In this document: positions 10,185 to 18,929 of the stretch, in pieces
Layout: each line of letters opens with the position of its first letter
How positions within the stretch are numbered: the stretch's first letter is position 1
Source: Candidatus Gastranaerophilales bacterium
Lineage (GTDB): Bacteria; Cyanobacteriota; Vampirovibrionia; Gastranaerophilales; Gastranaerophilaceae
Direction of reading: 5' to 3'
Assembly (NCBI GenBank): GCA_023662705.1
Contig: JAMPIM010000001.1
Location: 32,216-96,215, forward strand
Length of the DNA: 64,000 nucleotides
The notes under the pieces: model-generated
The model's input: the letters and a program-made list of their open reading frames with translations, nothing else
Databases searched by the model: none
Told to the model about the DNA's origin: nothing
Program-made: the position numbers and the translations under genes

Positions 10185-10213
10185 TTGACAAAAAATTTTG
10201 GATGGTGCATAAT
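10185..10213 (+). promoter_or_regulatory. strong sigma-70-type promoter (TTGACA-17-CATAAT) for the 10273 ORF
   Basis: The sequence is ccccTTGACAaaaaattttggatggtgCATAAT. Its upstream block CCCCTT-ACAAAAAA-ATTT matches the conserved block of the Ala and Asn tRNA promoters. Confidence 0.5.
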
Positions 10214-10272
10214 GAAATTGTTGAATGAAGTGTAAGAAAAACACTTAATAAGAAAATCACCGGAGGTGACAA

Positions 10273-10539
10273 ATGAGAATAAATGCTATAAACAATATAA
10301 ACTTTAAAGAAAATACTTTATCAAGAGAAATGAACTCTGAAAGTGCAATCCTTATGTTAAGAGATCCAAATGCATCAATCAAGTTCCAACAGAGTCAAGA
10401 ATACGCTAGAAAAGCTGATTCAGTTGATTCTAACCCGTTCGTTGCATTAGGTTACAAATTATACAGAACTTTCAATCTTCTTAAAAATAATGAAGGTTCT
10501 CAAGCCGAAGAAGCTAAGCAATTCAGAGCAATTGCATAA
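10273..10539 (+). CDS. hypothetical small protein (88 aa)
   Basis: SD GGAGGTGA sits 6 nt upstream of the ATG. It has its own strong promoter and an intrinsic terminator at about 10575-10607. No domain was recognised. Confidence 0.5.
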   Translation: MRINAINNINFKENTLSREMNSESAILMLRDPNASIKFQQSQEYARKADSVDSNPFVALGYKLYRTFNLLKNNEGSQAEEAKQFRAIA

Positions 10540-10605
10540 CAAATTTCTATAATATAATACACACACATAATTTAGCGGTAATTTTCTAATTGCCGCTTCT
10601 TTTTT

Positions 10606-10665
10606 GTGCTACTCACGTAGTCAAGGGTCGGAGCACATTTCAAGCGGGTTCGCGTTGGTTAGGGT
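10606..10665 (-). repeat. GC-rich 3'-UTR element copy C, immediately after the stop of the 10666-11442 gene on the minus strand
   Basis: Minus-strand sequence is TAA-ACCCTAACCAACGCGAACCCGCTTGAAATGTGCTCCGACCCTTGACTACGTGAGTAGCAC. It matches 22 of the first 27 nt of copy A and shares the CTCCGACCCTTG 3' motif. Confidence 0.45.
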
Positions 10666-11442
10666 TTAGGATTCTGAAGTTGGGGCGATTGTGCCTAGCA
10701 AATATGCATAAACATAGATAAGGTAAATATTCTTAACTGTCAATAAGAATAAAATGAGAGCTGATAAAATCATTCCAACAATATCTCCGCTCGTAAATGC
10801 AACTTTCATAAAGTTGCCTGCAAATCCATCTATGAAAGAACTTGCTGCTGCCAATATGATAAAAATTATTGTGTTAAAAAGATATCTGAAAGGATAATTT
10901 CCCATTAAATATATAGCTTTTCTTATATTCCAAACCGAAACAATGGAATTCTTATATGCATAGTTCCATAAAAGTGCAGGAGCAAAGAATGCAAAAAATA
11001 ATGGAATTAAGATTGCTGCTATACGTGGTAATGACATAAATACATGAGACATTACTCCCATCCATATAATAATCACAAAAGGTATCCATAAAAGTGTCAT
11101 TGCTACAATTGATGCAATACCACGCCATATATTTTTCCCAATATTAAGTTCCGGAAGCTGAATTTCATAATATTCTTTTATTATTCCGTCATAAATATTG
11201 TGCAGAATAATATCCCAGTCGCGGTTAATAATTTCTTCTGTAAGATTCCAAAAATATCCAGCTGTGTATATAGCAGGTAAAACCCATAATAGAGCTGTTA
11301 CCAATGCGCCGATTTCTTTAGGAATCGGGGTATAAATTAATGCGAATCCGAGAACATAAGAAATTAATCCTAATAAAAAGATGAATAAAAAATGTTTCTT
11401 AAAATCTTTTAGATGGAACATCCAAAAAAATGGTTCTAACAT
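10666..11442 (-). CDS. polytopic membrane protein of unknown function
   Basis: Six to seven hydrophobic helices. It lies directly downstream of, and is likely co-transcribed with, the HD-GYP gene (10-nt gap). Confidence 0.55.
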   Translation of the reverse strand: MLEPFFWMFHLKDFKKHFLFIFLLGLISYVLGFALIYTPIPKEIGALVTALLWVLPAIYTAGYFWNLTEEIINRDWDIILHNIYDGIIKEYYEIQLPELNIGKNIWRGIASIVAMTLLWIPFVIIIWMGVMSHVFMSLPRIAAILIPLFFAFFAPALLWNYAYKNSIVSVWNIRKAIYLMGNYPFRYLFNTIIFIILAAASSFIDGFAGNFMKVAFTSGDIVGMILSALILFLLTVKNIYLIYVYAYLLGTIAPTSES

Positions 11443-11452
11443 AACACCTCAA

Positions 11453-12820
11453 TTAGTTATTAATAACATCAAATAAAGCGTTTACAACACCAGGGTCCCA
11501 TTTAACAGCTGCTTCGTTCTTCATGATTTCTAATGCATCTTTTTGTGACATTGCATCTCTGTATGAACGATCGGATGTCATTGCTGTATAAGCGTCTGCT
11601 ACCGCAATAATTCTTGAACCGAACGGAATTGAATTACCTTTTAAGCCTTCAGGCTCTCCGCCACCATCCCAGCGTTCTTTGTGGTAGTGGATATATGGGA
11701 TTACTTCTGACAAGAAGTTAATATTCATCAACAGGTTAACACCAACATTCGGGTGGTTTTGAAGTTTTTCCCATTCTTCTTTTGAAAGCTTGCCTTTATT
11801 TGTGAATAGTGATTCAGGAAGAGTAATCTTACCAATGTTTTGTAATAAACCTGCATAATAAACCAAATCGGTTGTTTTTTCGTTTAAGCCGAGTTGACGG
11901 CAAAGTTTTCTGGAAAGTTCCGCTGTTCTTTGAGAGTGAGCAACTTTGTATTGACCTTTTTCATCTACAGCTTTAGCCAATCTTTCTACAAATGATTGCT
12001 GATGAGCACCCAAATCACCGATAAGGGCTGTTAATTCTGCTCTCATGTGCTGTAATTCTTCAGGGAAAACTGTTTCGTCATTAATGAGAAGTTCAGCTTG
12101 TTCAACTGTTTTTTGTAAGTGCATTGATGTTCCGAATAATCTTGCAATTGTTTCAAGAAGGTTCATATATGCACGTTTGATAGTTTTTTCTTTGTAGTTT
12201 TCAATAACAATTACGCCGACTACGTGAGCATTGTTGTGCATTGGAACAACTGCAAGTGATTTTACATCATATTCTTTTAATTCATATTTTGGTACGAAGT
12301 TAGAAATAGATGAAACATCTTTGATTTGGACCTTTTCTAATGTGTTAAATGCTTTTACTACAATAGATTTGTCATCTTTAGAATAGCCTAATTTTTTTGC
12401 ATAAATATCTTCGTCAAAATCCACAGAAGAACCTGCAAGTCCCAAGAACTTGTCATCAAAGCTTAATCCGCGTGTAAATTCTTCGGTTAAGTAGATATGG
12501 CATGCATCTACGTCTAAAATTTGGGTAAGTGTTTTAGCAATAGAGTTGTAGACAACATACTCATCTTCCGAGTCAAAGCCTAAAACGCAAAGAGTATTGT
12601 CTAAAGAATATATTGAAACAAGTTCTTTGAGCTGTGATTTTAATCTTGAAGTCTTGTCTTTAGCGCTTTTGCCGACTTTACTTGCCAAATCTTCAGAGAT
12701 TAAGAATTCAGAAACAAAGTCTCCCATATTTAAAGCAAAAATCTCTTCAAGCGGGTCATTTTCCATAATATCCAGTGTTCTTGAAAAAAGTGATGCGCCC
12801 AATTCTTCTTTATCCGTCAT
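11453..12820 (-). CDS. GAF domain-containing HD-GYP phosphodiesterase (cyclic-di-GMP)
   Basis: C-terminal HD-GYP signature (HHERWDGGGEPEGL... replacing the YP) together with an HD motif (GLLQNIGKITLP). The N-terminal region resembles GAF. Confidence 0.75.
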   Translation of the reverse strand: MTDKEELGASLFSRTLDIMENDPLEEIFALNMGDFVSEFLISEDLASKVGKSAKDKTSRLKSQLKELVSIYSLDNTLCVLGFDSEDEYVVYNSIAKTLTQILDVDACHIYLTEEFTRGLSFDDKFLGLAGSSVDFDEDIYAKKLGYSKDDKSIVVKAFNTLEKVQIKDVSSISNFVPKYELKEYDVKSLAVVPMHNNAHVVGVIVIENYKEKTIKRAYMNLLETIARLFGTSMHLQKTVEQAELLINDETVFPEELQHMRAELTALIGDLGAHQQSFVERLAKAVDEKGQYKVAHSQRTAELSRKLCRQLGLNEKTTDLVYYAGLLQNIGKITLPESLFTNKGKLSKEEWEKLQNHPNVGVNLLMNINFLSEVIPYIHYHKERWDGGGEPEGLKGNSIPFGSRIIAVADAYTAMTSDRSYRDAMSQKDALEIMKNEAAVKWDPGVVNALFDVINN

Positions 12821-12968
12821 GTCTACCTTCCTACATAAAAGTTCTTATGTTTTATATAACGGCACATTTTTCAAAAACTTTAATGATTTTTTCAAATTTT
12901 ATACTTTAGTTGTAGAAAAGTTATACTTAGTGTTTAAAAAAGCGGGTTTGAAGGGTTTACAATTCTTA

Positions 12969-13181
12969 TTATTTAGAAATCAGTTCGATAGCATCGATTT
13001 CAAAAATATTTGCTAGTTGTTCAAGTTTATCTATTGTTATGTTTACGCGCTGTTTTTCCAGTTTGCTTATATATGAGTTATCACATCCTAATAGAAGAGA
13101 AAGGGTTTCTCTTTTATATCCTTTTTCTACTCTATATTTTTGCACATTTAAGGCGATACGTTCTCTTAATAATTGACTCAT
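12969..13181 (-). CDS. XRE-family helix-turn-helix transcriptional regulator
   Basis: HTH_3-like sequence MSQLLRERIALNVQKYRVEKGYKRETLSLLLGCDNSYISKLEKQ. The longest ORF extends to 13232, but the 17 extra residues are a translation of the repeat array. The ATG at 13181 is the likely start. Confidence 0.65.
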   Translation of the reverse strand: MSQLLRERIALNVQKYRVEKGYKRETLSLLLGCDNSYISKLEKQRVNITIDKLEQLANIFEIDAIELISK

Positions 13182-13316
13182 ATTCCATATATTGACAAAT
13201 TTTATAGAATTAATACAGGACTGACATTCCATACTTTTGGCTAAAATCTTTATCTCTTGACTGTTATTCCATATTTATTGTATATTTATTTACTATAAAT
13301 GGACTGATATTCCAGA
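13175..13316. promoter_or_regulatory. four phased 15-bp direct repeats (consensus GACTGAyATTCCATA) in the XRE/GT2 divergent promoter region
   Basis: Copies at 13175-13190, 13219-13233, 13259-13273 and 13302-13316, with spacings of 44, 40 and 43 bp. The first overlaps the XRE start codon. The last abuts the GT2 RBS. Confidence 0.6.
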
Positions 13317-13325
13317 AGAGGAAAT

Positions 13326-14186
13326 ATGAATAATATTAAAATTTCAGTAATAGTACCTGTTTATAATGTTGAAAAATATCTTGGAAAATGTCTTGATTCA
13401 CTTGTTAACCAGAGCATTAAGGATGTTGAAATAATCTGTATCAATGACGGTTCGACTGACAAATCAGGAGAGATACTCAATTTATATGCACAAAAATATT
13501 CACAAATAGTTGTTTTGAATCAATCAAACAAGGGGCAGTCAGCTGCTCGCAATTTAGGAATTTCTATGGCGCATGGTGAATATCTCGGTTTTGTGGATTC
13601 AGATGACTGGGTTGACTTAGAATATTTTGAAAAACTTTATGCTGCTGCAAAAAAATACGATTGTGATATAGCATGTGCGGGATTTAAACGTTGCGGTAAG
13701 TTTAAAAAGTCACTCAAAAAATCTTTTAAAAAAGAAAGAGTTTATACCAATATTGATGATAAAGCCTTTGTGGATAATTTGCCTGACCATAATTATATAT
13801 GGAATAAAATCTATAAACGCGATAAATGGAATTTTACTTTTGTTGAAGGCAGGTATTATGAAGACATTGCGTTGTTAATCAAAGTACTTTATCACATGGA
13901 TAATATGGTTACTGTTCCAAAAACCTACTATAATTACCGTCGGAATATTGGTTCTACGGTTACGCAAAAGACGCCAAAGCATAAGCAGGACTTGCTGTGG
14001 GCGAAAAATGAATGCAGGTTATTTGTTGAAGGGCATGGTATTAAGCTTAAGAAGACAACAAGTTTTCATAAAAAAGAAAGAATAAAGCTTTTTGGTGTAA
14101 CAATATTAAAAATTTATTCTTATGAAGATTTTGTTCAATACAGGCTTTTCGGCTTCATTCCTTTTATAACCAGAACAATTGCATAA
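13326..14186 (+). CDS. family 2 glycosyltransferase
   Basis: N-terminal GT2 signature ISVIVPVYNVEKYLGKCLDSLVNQS...DDGSTD...FVDSDD. Confidence 0.8.
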   Translation: MNNIKISVIVPVYNVEKYLGKCLDSLVNQSIKDVEIICINDGSTDKSGEILNLYAQKYSQIVVLNQSNKGQSAARNLGISMAHGEYLGFVDSDDWVDLEYFEKLYAAAKKYDCDIACAGFKRCGKFKKSLKKSFKKERVYTNIDDKAFVDNLPDHNYIWNKIYKRDKWNFTFVEGRYYEDIALLIKVLYHMDNMVTVPKTYYNYRRNIGSTVTQKTPKHKQDLLWAKNECRLFVEGHGIKLKKTTSFHKKERIKLFGVTILKIYSYEDFVQYRLFGFIPFITRTIA

Positions 14187-14247
14187 TCTTGAAATCGAAT
14201 CATGTGGATGATACACTCTATATAGAAGAGATATAAGGAGTATTAAT

Positions 14248-16098
14248 ATGAGTTGTTTAACTTTTTTAAAACATGATACTAATGTAGTTAATGAAGCACT
14301 TAAAGTTTTGGGTAAAGAAAATCTTGCTTTAATTGTACACGGAAGCAGTTTCCCTGCTCGTGACGGAGAAGATACAGGGTTTGGTACTTTCAACTCTGAA
14401 TCAGGTCATGCATTGATTGATTACGCATCAAAAATCTTTAATGCTATTCAGCTTGGACCTGCAGGTAAAACTAAATGTACTGACTCTTCACCATATTGCG
14501 GTACAATTTTTTCAGGAAACCCTTTGTTTATTGATTTAAAACAACTTACTCAAAAAGAATGGGGAGAAATTCTTTCTCTTGATACTTACAAAAGAGTTGT
14601 AAGAGAAAATCCTCGCCAAAATCAGGCAAGAACTTCTTATTCATATATCTGTAATGCTCAAAATGAAGCGTTAAAAGAAGCTTGGAAGAATTTCAAAGAT
14701 TCTAAACTTCTAAAAAAAGAGTTTGAAAAATTTAAAAAAGAAAACAGCTACTGGCTGGATAACGATTCATTATATGAAGCACTTTCTATCGAAAACGGAA
14801 GTGATTTCTGGTACGGTTGGAAGAATGAAACCGATAAAAACTTAATGAATCCTAAGAATGATGAAGAAAAACAGGTTTATGCAGCTCGTATTTCCGAAAT
14901 CAAAGAAAAATACGCTGATGAAATCGAATTCTACAGTTTCTGCCAGTTTGTTTTAGAAACACAAAACGAAGAAACAAAGAAATTTGCACTTAAAAAAGGA
15001 ATCAAAATGATTGCTGACAGACAGGTTGCTTTCTCTGACAGAGATGCGTGGGCTTATCAATCATTATTCCTTGACGGCTGGTTCCTCGGATGCCCTCCTG
15101 ATTATTTCTCAAAAGACGGTCAGGCATGGGGTTTCCCTGTAATGGATCCGGACAAGATGTTCAATGCTGACGGTTCTTTGGGTGAAGGCGGAATCTTGAT
15201 GAAAAATCTTTACAAAAAGATGTTCAAAGAAAATCCGGGTGGTGTAAGAATCGACCACATCGTTGGTTTGATTGACCCTTGGGTTTATAAAGCAGGTAAA
15301 AAACCGTTACCTTCACAAGGTGCAGGCAGATTATATTCTTCACCTGAACATTCTGAACTTTCAAGATATGCTATTCCAAGCTGTGATGATTTGGATTTCA
15401 CTCTTGAAAATGATAAAGAAAAACGCGTTAAATCATTAAATGATGAACAAATTAAGCTTTACGGCAGATTGATTGAAAAAGTGGTTATCGCTGCTGCTAA
15501 AGAATGCGGTTTGGATAAAAACGCTATTGTTTGTGAGGATTTAGGTACTCTTACAAACCCTGTTGATGCGGTTATGAAAAAATACGAACTTCAAGGTATG
15601 AGATTAACTCAATTTGTAGTTCCTGAAAAGCCTGAACACCCTTACAGATGTAAAAATATTGGCGAAAATGTTTGGAACATGGTTGGTACTCACGATAATA
15701 ACCCTATCGAAATGTGGGCAGAATCAATGATTAATACTCACGAAGGTTATTTACATGCCAAAAACCTTGTTGAAGATTTATTTGCGGAAGCTGACAATAA
15801 AGATGATATTATTGTAAGACTTACTCAGGACAAAGATTATTTGACATTTGTTAAGTTAACTGAAATCTTTGCTTCAAAAGCTAAGAATGTCCAAATCTTC
15901 TTTACTGATTTCTTCAAAATAAAAGAAACTTATAACACTCCTGGTACTTCAGGTGACCAAAACTGGTCATTAAGACTTCCTAATAACTTTGAAGAACTTT
16001 GTCCGATTGATTTGAATGCTATCTTGAAGGCAGCAATCATTGCAAGAGGTAAAGAGTTTGCTACAAAACATGCTATCTTGATTGAAAAATTAGGCTAG
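14248..16098 (+). CDS. malQ: 4-alpha-glucanotransferase (amylomaltase, GH77)
   Basis: The N-terminal region matches MalQ (HGSSFPARDGEDTGFGTF...GPAGKTKCTDSSPYCGTIFSGNPLFIDL). Catalytic-region motif GVRIDHIVGL. Confidence 0.8.
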   Translation: MSCLTFLKHDTNVVNEALKVLGKENLALIVHGSSFPARDGEDTGFGTFNSESGHALIDYASKIFNAIQLGPAGKTKCTDSSPYCGTIFSGNPLFIDLKQLTQKEWGEILSLDTYKRVVRENPRQNQARTSYSYICNAQNEALKEAWKNFKDSKLLKKEFEKFKKENSYWLDNDSLYEALSIENGSDFWYGWKNETDKNLMNPKNDEEKQVYAARISEIKEKYADEIEFYSFCQFVLETQNEETKKFALKKGIKMIADRQVAFSDRDAWAYQSLFLDGWFLGCPPDYFSKDGQAWGFPVMDPDKMFNADGSLGEGGILMKNLYKKMFKENPGGVRIDHIVGLIDPWVYKAGKKPLPSQGAGRLYSSPEHSELSRYAIPSCDDLDFTLENDKEKRVKSLNDEQIKLYGRLIEKVVIAAAKECGLDKNAIVCEDLGTLTNPVDAVMKKYELQGMRLTQFVVPEKPEHPYRCKNIGENVWNMVGTHDNNPIEMWAESMINTHEGYLHAKNLVEDLFAEADNKDDIIVRLTQDKDYLTFVKLTEIFASKAKNVQIFFTDFFKIKETYNTPGTSGDQNWSLRLPNNFEELCPIDLNAILKAAIIARGKEFATKHAILIEKLG

Positions 16099-16132
16099 AG
16101 TTGTAACAAAACTTTAAATAAAAAGCAAATTT

Positions 16133-16170
16133 CCCCTTATATTAGACTTATTTAATATAAGGGGATTTTT
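16133..16170 (+). terminator. rho-independent terminator of malQ (12-bp perfect stem CCCCTTATATTA / TAATATAAGGGG, then T-run)
   Basis: Perfect inverted repeat followed by ATTTTT. It ends 1 nt before the ATG of the next ORF. Confidence 0.7.
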
Positions 16171-17214
16171 ATGGGATTAACAGTTGATACGGTAAAACTT
16201 GAAAACAATTATATTAAAGCTTCTGAAACTTGTTCTCGACAATCGAATGAGCCTTTATTTGATTATAAACAAGAAGCTGTCGATACGGTAGATTTGCCCT
16301 CAAAAAAGGAAGAAGAAGAGTCTTCCGATAATCTTATGCTTTCACTTACTGGGATTGCCTGTGCTGCGGTTATGGGCTTTTTGTATTTGCGCGGAATAAA
16401 GAGCGATAGGATTTATAAATCAATGCTTAAGGGCGGTTCTTCTAATTATGGTGTTATAAGAGCTATGGAACCCAAGAATTTTAATAAGATTAAAGCACTT
16501 TCCGCACTTTCAAAAGAAGAACGTATGTTATTAAACGATAAACTTCGGGTAAGCGGATATGGCGAGCAGGAATTGTTTTTTGCGACTCTTAAAGGGGATA
16601 AACCGTCATCTATTGTGAGTTTGCCCGGAAGAGATTTGGAATTCTTGAACAAAGTTAATACCCGCAGCGGTGCCGGTAATTTTGATTTTCTTCATATTCC
16701 TGATGAGTCGACTCCTTTGTGTTTTGTACTTAATAAAAACAAAGTTTTGGAAGTAATCGATAGAAACAAATCTTTTTATACGGCAAGATTGAACTTGGAT
16801 GCTAACAGTTCTTCCGAGATAATTTATGAAAAGTTGGCAGGTGTATTACAAAAAGATTATCTTGCATATCATGATTTAACAGGTGTTACGCTTGGTTTTT
16901 CGCGTAAAAATTCTATGATATTTGAATTGGGAAGAGATATTTCGCCTGATTTTGCCAGATATGATACACAAACTTATAAAACAATGCTTTTGGATAAACT
17001 GTATTCTGCTGATTCACCATACAAAGGGTTGAAGAAATCTGAATTGGACGAATTGGCAAATGCAATCAGGTCATATTCTCCTGAAAATAAATGTTTGCCT
17101 GATAATGGTTTATATTTTTTCAAAGCTTTTGTTAATGAGCCTGAAGAGTTTGCAAGAATTGTCAGGGACAGTGAAAATTTCGAGAAAAATTTTAAAGCAA
17201 AAGATTTATTCTAG
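16171..17214 (+). CDS. hypothetical protein with one predicted TM helix
   Basis: Long ORF with no recognisable domain. The annotated ATG has no SD and abuts the terminator hairpin, so the true start may differ. Confidence 0.45.
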   Translation: MGLTVDTVKLENNYIKASETCSRQSNEPLFDYKQEAVDTVDLPSKKEEEESSDNLMLSLTGIACAAVMGFLYLRGIKSDRIYKSMLKGGSSNYGVIRAMEPKNFNKIKALSALSKEERMLLNDKLRVSGYGEQELFFATLKGDKPSSIVSLPGRDLEFLNKVNTRSGAGNFDFLHIPDESTPLCFVLNKNKVLEVIDRNKSFYTARLNLDANSSSEIIYEKLAGVLQKDYLAYHDLTGVTLGFSRKNSMIFELGRDISPDFARYDTQTYKTMLLDKLYSADSPYKGLKKSELDELANAIRSYSPENKCLPDNGLYFFKAFVNEPEEFARIVRDSENFEKNFKAKDLF

Positions 17215-17244
17215 TGCCTGTGTATTATATGTTATAATTTTTTT

Positions 17245-18054
17245 ATGGCACGTGAATTTGATTTTTATGTAGTACCGACTCCAATCGGAAATATTCAGGA
17301 CATTACTTTTAGAGCTGTTGAGGTTTTAAAAAGTGTTGATTTGATTGCTTGTGAGGATACGAGAGTTACCCAAAAGCTTTTGAATCATTATGATATAAGG
17401 ACAAAATGTATTTCATATCATAAATATAACGAGCGTGAACGTATCGGCTTTTTCTTAAAAGAACTTGGTGAAGGCAAGAAAATTGCTCTTGTTTCTGATG
17501 CTGGAACACCTATGATTTGTGATCCCGGGGCGGTTATTGTGCCTGAGCTTATTAAAAACGGGTTTACCGTGACTTCACTTCCCGGCGCGTGTGCGGTTAC
17601 TACGTTTTTATCACAGATTCCACGAGAGGGCGAGGATTTTACGTTCATAGGTTTTATTGGCAGAACTCAGAAGCAGATTGAGGAAGTCGTAAAAATTCAT
17701 GCTGCTCAAAACATGGTGTTTTATGATTCACCTGAGCGTATTTTAAAGACTTTAGATGTTATTAAGGGTGTGCGCGGTGAAGTCAGAATTGCGCTTGGCA
17801 GAGAGTTATCCAAATTGTTTGAAGAGGTTGTTGCAGATACTGTTTCTAATGTATTGGAACATTTTAAAGACGGGATTAAAGGCGAAATTATTTGTATGGT
17901 TTATGCTGACGAGGATGTTTCTGCAAGTGATTTGGATTTCAAAATAAAAGAACTTAAAACTAAGGGATTCAAGGATAAAGAAATTTCGGTTATTCTTTCT
18001 TCTTTATTTGGTTTTAACAAAAATGAAGTTTATAAAAAGAGTTTAACTTTGTAA
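17245..18054 (+). CDS. rsmI: 16S rRNA (cytidine1402-2'-O)-methyltransferase RsmI
   Basis: N-terminus FYVVPTPIGNIQDITFRAVEVLKSVDLIACEDTRVTQKLL is typical of the tetrapyrrole-methylase-fold RsmI. Confidence 0.85.
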   Translation: MAREFDFYVVPTPIGNIQDITFRAVEVLKSVDLIACEDTRVTQKLLNHYDIRTKCISYHKYNERERIGFFLKELGEGKKIALVSDAGTPMICDPGAVIVPELIKNGFTVTSLPGACAVTTFLSQIPREGEDFTFIGFIGRTQKQIEEVVKIHAAQNMVFYDSPERILKTLDVIKGVRGEVRIALGRELSKLFEEVVADTVSNVLEHFKDGIKGEIICMVYADEDVSASDLDFKIKELKTKGFKDKEISVILSSLFGFNKNEVYKKSLTL

Positions 18055-18082
18055 CGAATTGTAAAAATGAGAAACAAAACCC

Positions 18083-18109
18083 TAAAGTTTTTCTAAAAAT
18101 TGCCGATAT
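18083..18109 (+). promoter_or_regulatory. sigma-28 (FliA)-type promoter TAAAGTTT-N11-GCCGATAT
   Basis: It matches 15 of 16 positions of the enterobacterial/Bacillus consensus TAAAGTTT-N11-GCCGATAA, with exactly 11-nt spacing. Confidence 0.6.
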
Positions 18110-18152
18110 ACATGACACAGACAAGATTTATCGGAAAGGAAAAACTTAGGAT

Positions 18153-18308
18153 ATGTTGAAGAAAATTATTACCCCGACCAGTAACACTTTTTCAGGTGTT
18201 GAATTTATATTAAGAGGAGCCAAAAAGCGCAGAGCGATGGCGATTTCAAATGCAGTAACAGTGAATGCCGAAACAGGAGTTCAGGTAAAACTGCAAGCTG
18301 TGAAGTAA
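18153..18308 (+). CDS. small ORF (51 aa, MLKKIITPTSNTFSGVEFILRGAKKRRAMAISNAVTVNAETGVQVKLQAVK) on a sigma-28-driven short transcript; could instead be a non-coding RNA
   Basis: It lies downstream of the sigma-28 promoter. AAGGA sits 12 nt upstream of the ATG. A terminator follows at 18354-18388. It is below the 60-aa ORF-track cutoff. Confidence 0.3.
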   Translation: MLKKIITPTSNTFSGVEFILRGAKKRRAMAISNAVTVNAETGVQVKLQAVK

Positions 18309-18353
18309 TCGGTCTGACTGATTTTAAATGAGAATGGCTGAGAGTATAGTTTT

Positions 18354-18388
18354 GGCGGTCGAATAAAAATCGACTGCCTTTGTATTTT
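18354..18388 (+). terminator. intrinsic terminator (GGCGGTCGA / TCGACTGCC stem, then T-run)
   Basis: 9-bp stem with one G-U pair, a 7-nt loop, then TTTGTATTTT. Confidence 0.6.
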
Positions 18389-18437
18389 AAAAAATACTTT
18401 CAAAAAAAAGTTTTTTGTGTTAATATTGCATTAACGA

Positions 18438-18527
18438 GGAAACGTGGCCGAGTCGGCTGAAGGCGGCACCCTGCTAAGGTGTTATATGGGGTAACCTGTA
18501 TCGTGGGTTCGAATCCCACCGTTTCCG
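18438..18527 (+). tRNA. tRNA-Ser (anticodon GCT)
   Basis: Hand-folded cloverleaf. Acceptor GGAAACG/CGTTTCC. Anticodon loop CTGCTAA. Long variable arm. T-arm GTGGGTTCGAATCCCAC. No encoded CCA. A terminator hairpin follows at 18533-18561. Confidence 0.85.
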
Positions 18528-18587
18528 AATTTTAACCGCTATTATAAGATAGCGGTTTTTTAATTGAAATTTTGTTATAATAGAACC

Positions 18588-18929
18588 ATGAATAAAGATT
18601 TGATTAAGTATTTAGTTTTAAGTTGTTTAATAATAGTAATATTACCATATCTGGCGATAAGTTTTGCAACTTCTTTAACAGGATTGGGGATTGCTATAAT
18701 GTTGTTTATGGCTGTTTTACCTGTTTATTTTATTGTTTCACCTTTAACAGTTAGGGCAAAGCCGATTGTTATAGCTCTTATTCCAATACTTAACGCATTT
18801 TTGTTTTTATTATCGGTTAGAATTACATTTAATAACAGTGCGGACAGCTATTTGATAGTTTATATTCCTCTGGCTTATTTAGCAATATTAATAAAATTTG
18901 TTTATATGCGTTATAAAGCTAAACTTTAG
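18588..18929 (+). CDS. small membrane protein (3 TM helices)
   Basis: Hydrophobic ORF. The ATG at 18588 lies 8 nt after a TATAAT, so it may be leaderless. The track start at 18564 is a TTG. Confidence 0.45.
   Translation: MNKDLIKYLVLSCLIIVILPYLAISFATSLTGLGIAIMLFMAVLPVYFIVSPLTVRAKPIVIALIPILNAFLFLLSVRITFNNSADSYLIVYIPLAYLAILIKFVYMRYKAKL

Noticed and set aside
12597-13016. Track ORF of 139 aa on the plus strand.
   Set aside because: It overlaps the HD-GYP and XRE genes on the opposite strand, has low-complexity translation and has no RBS.
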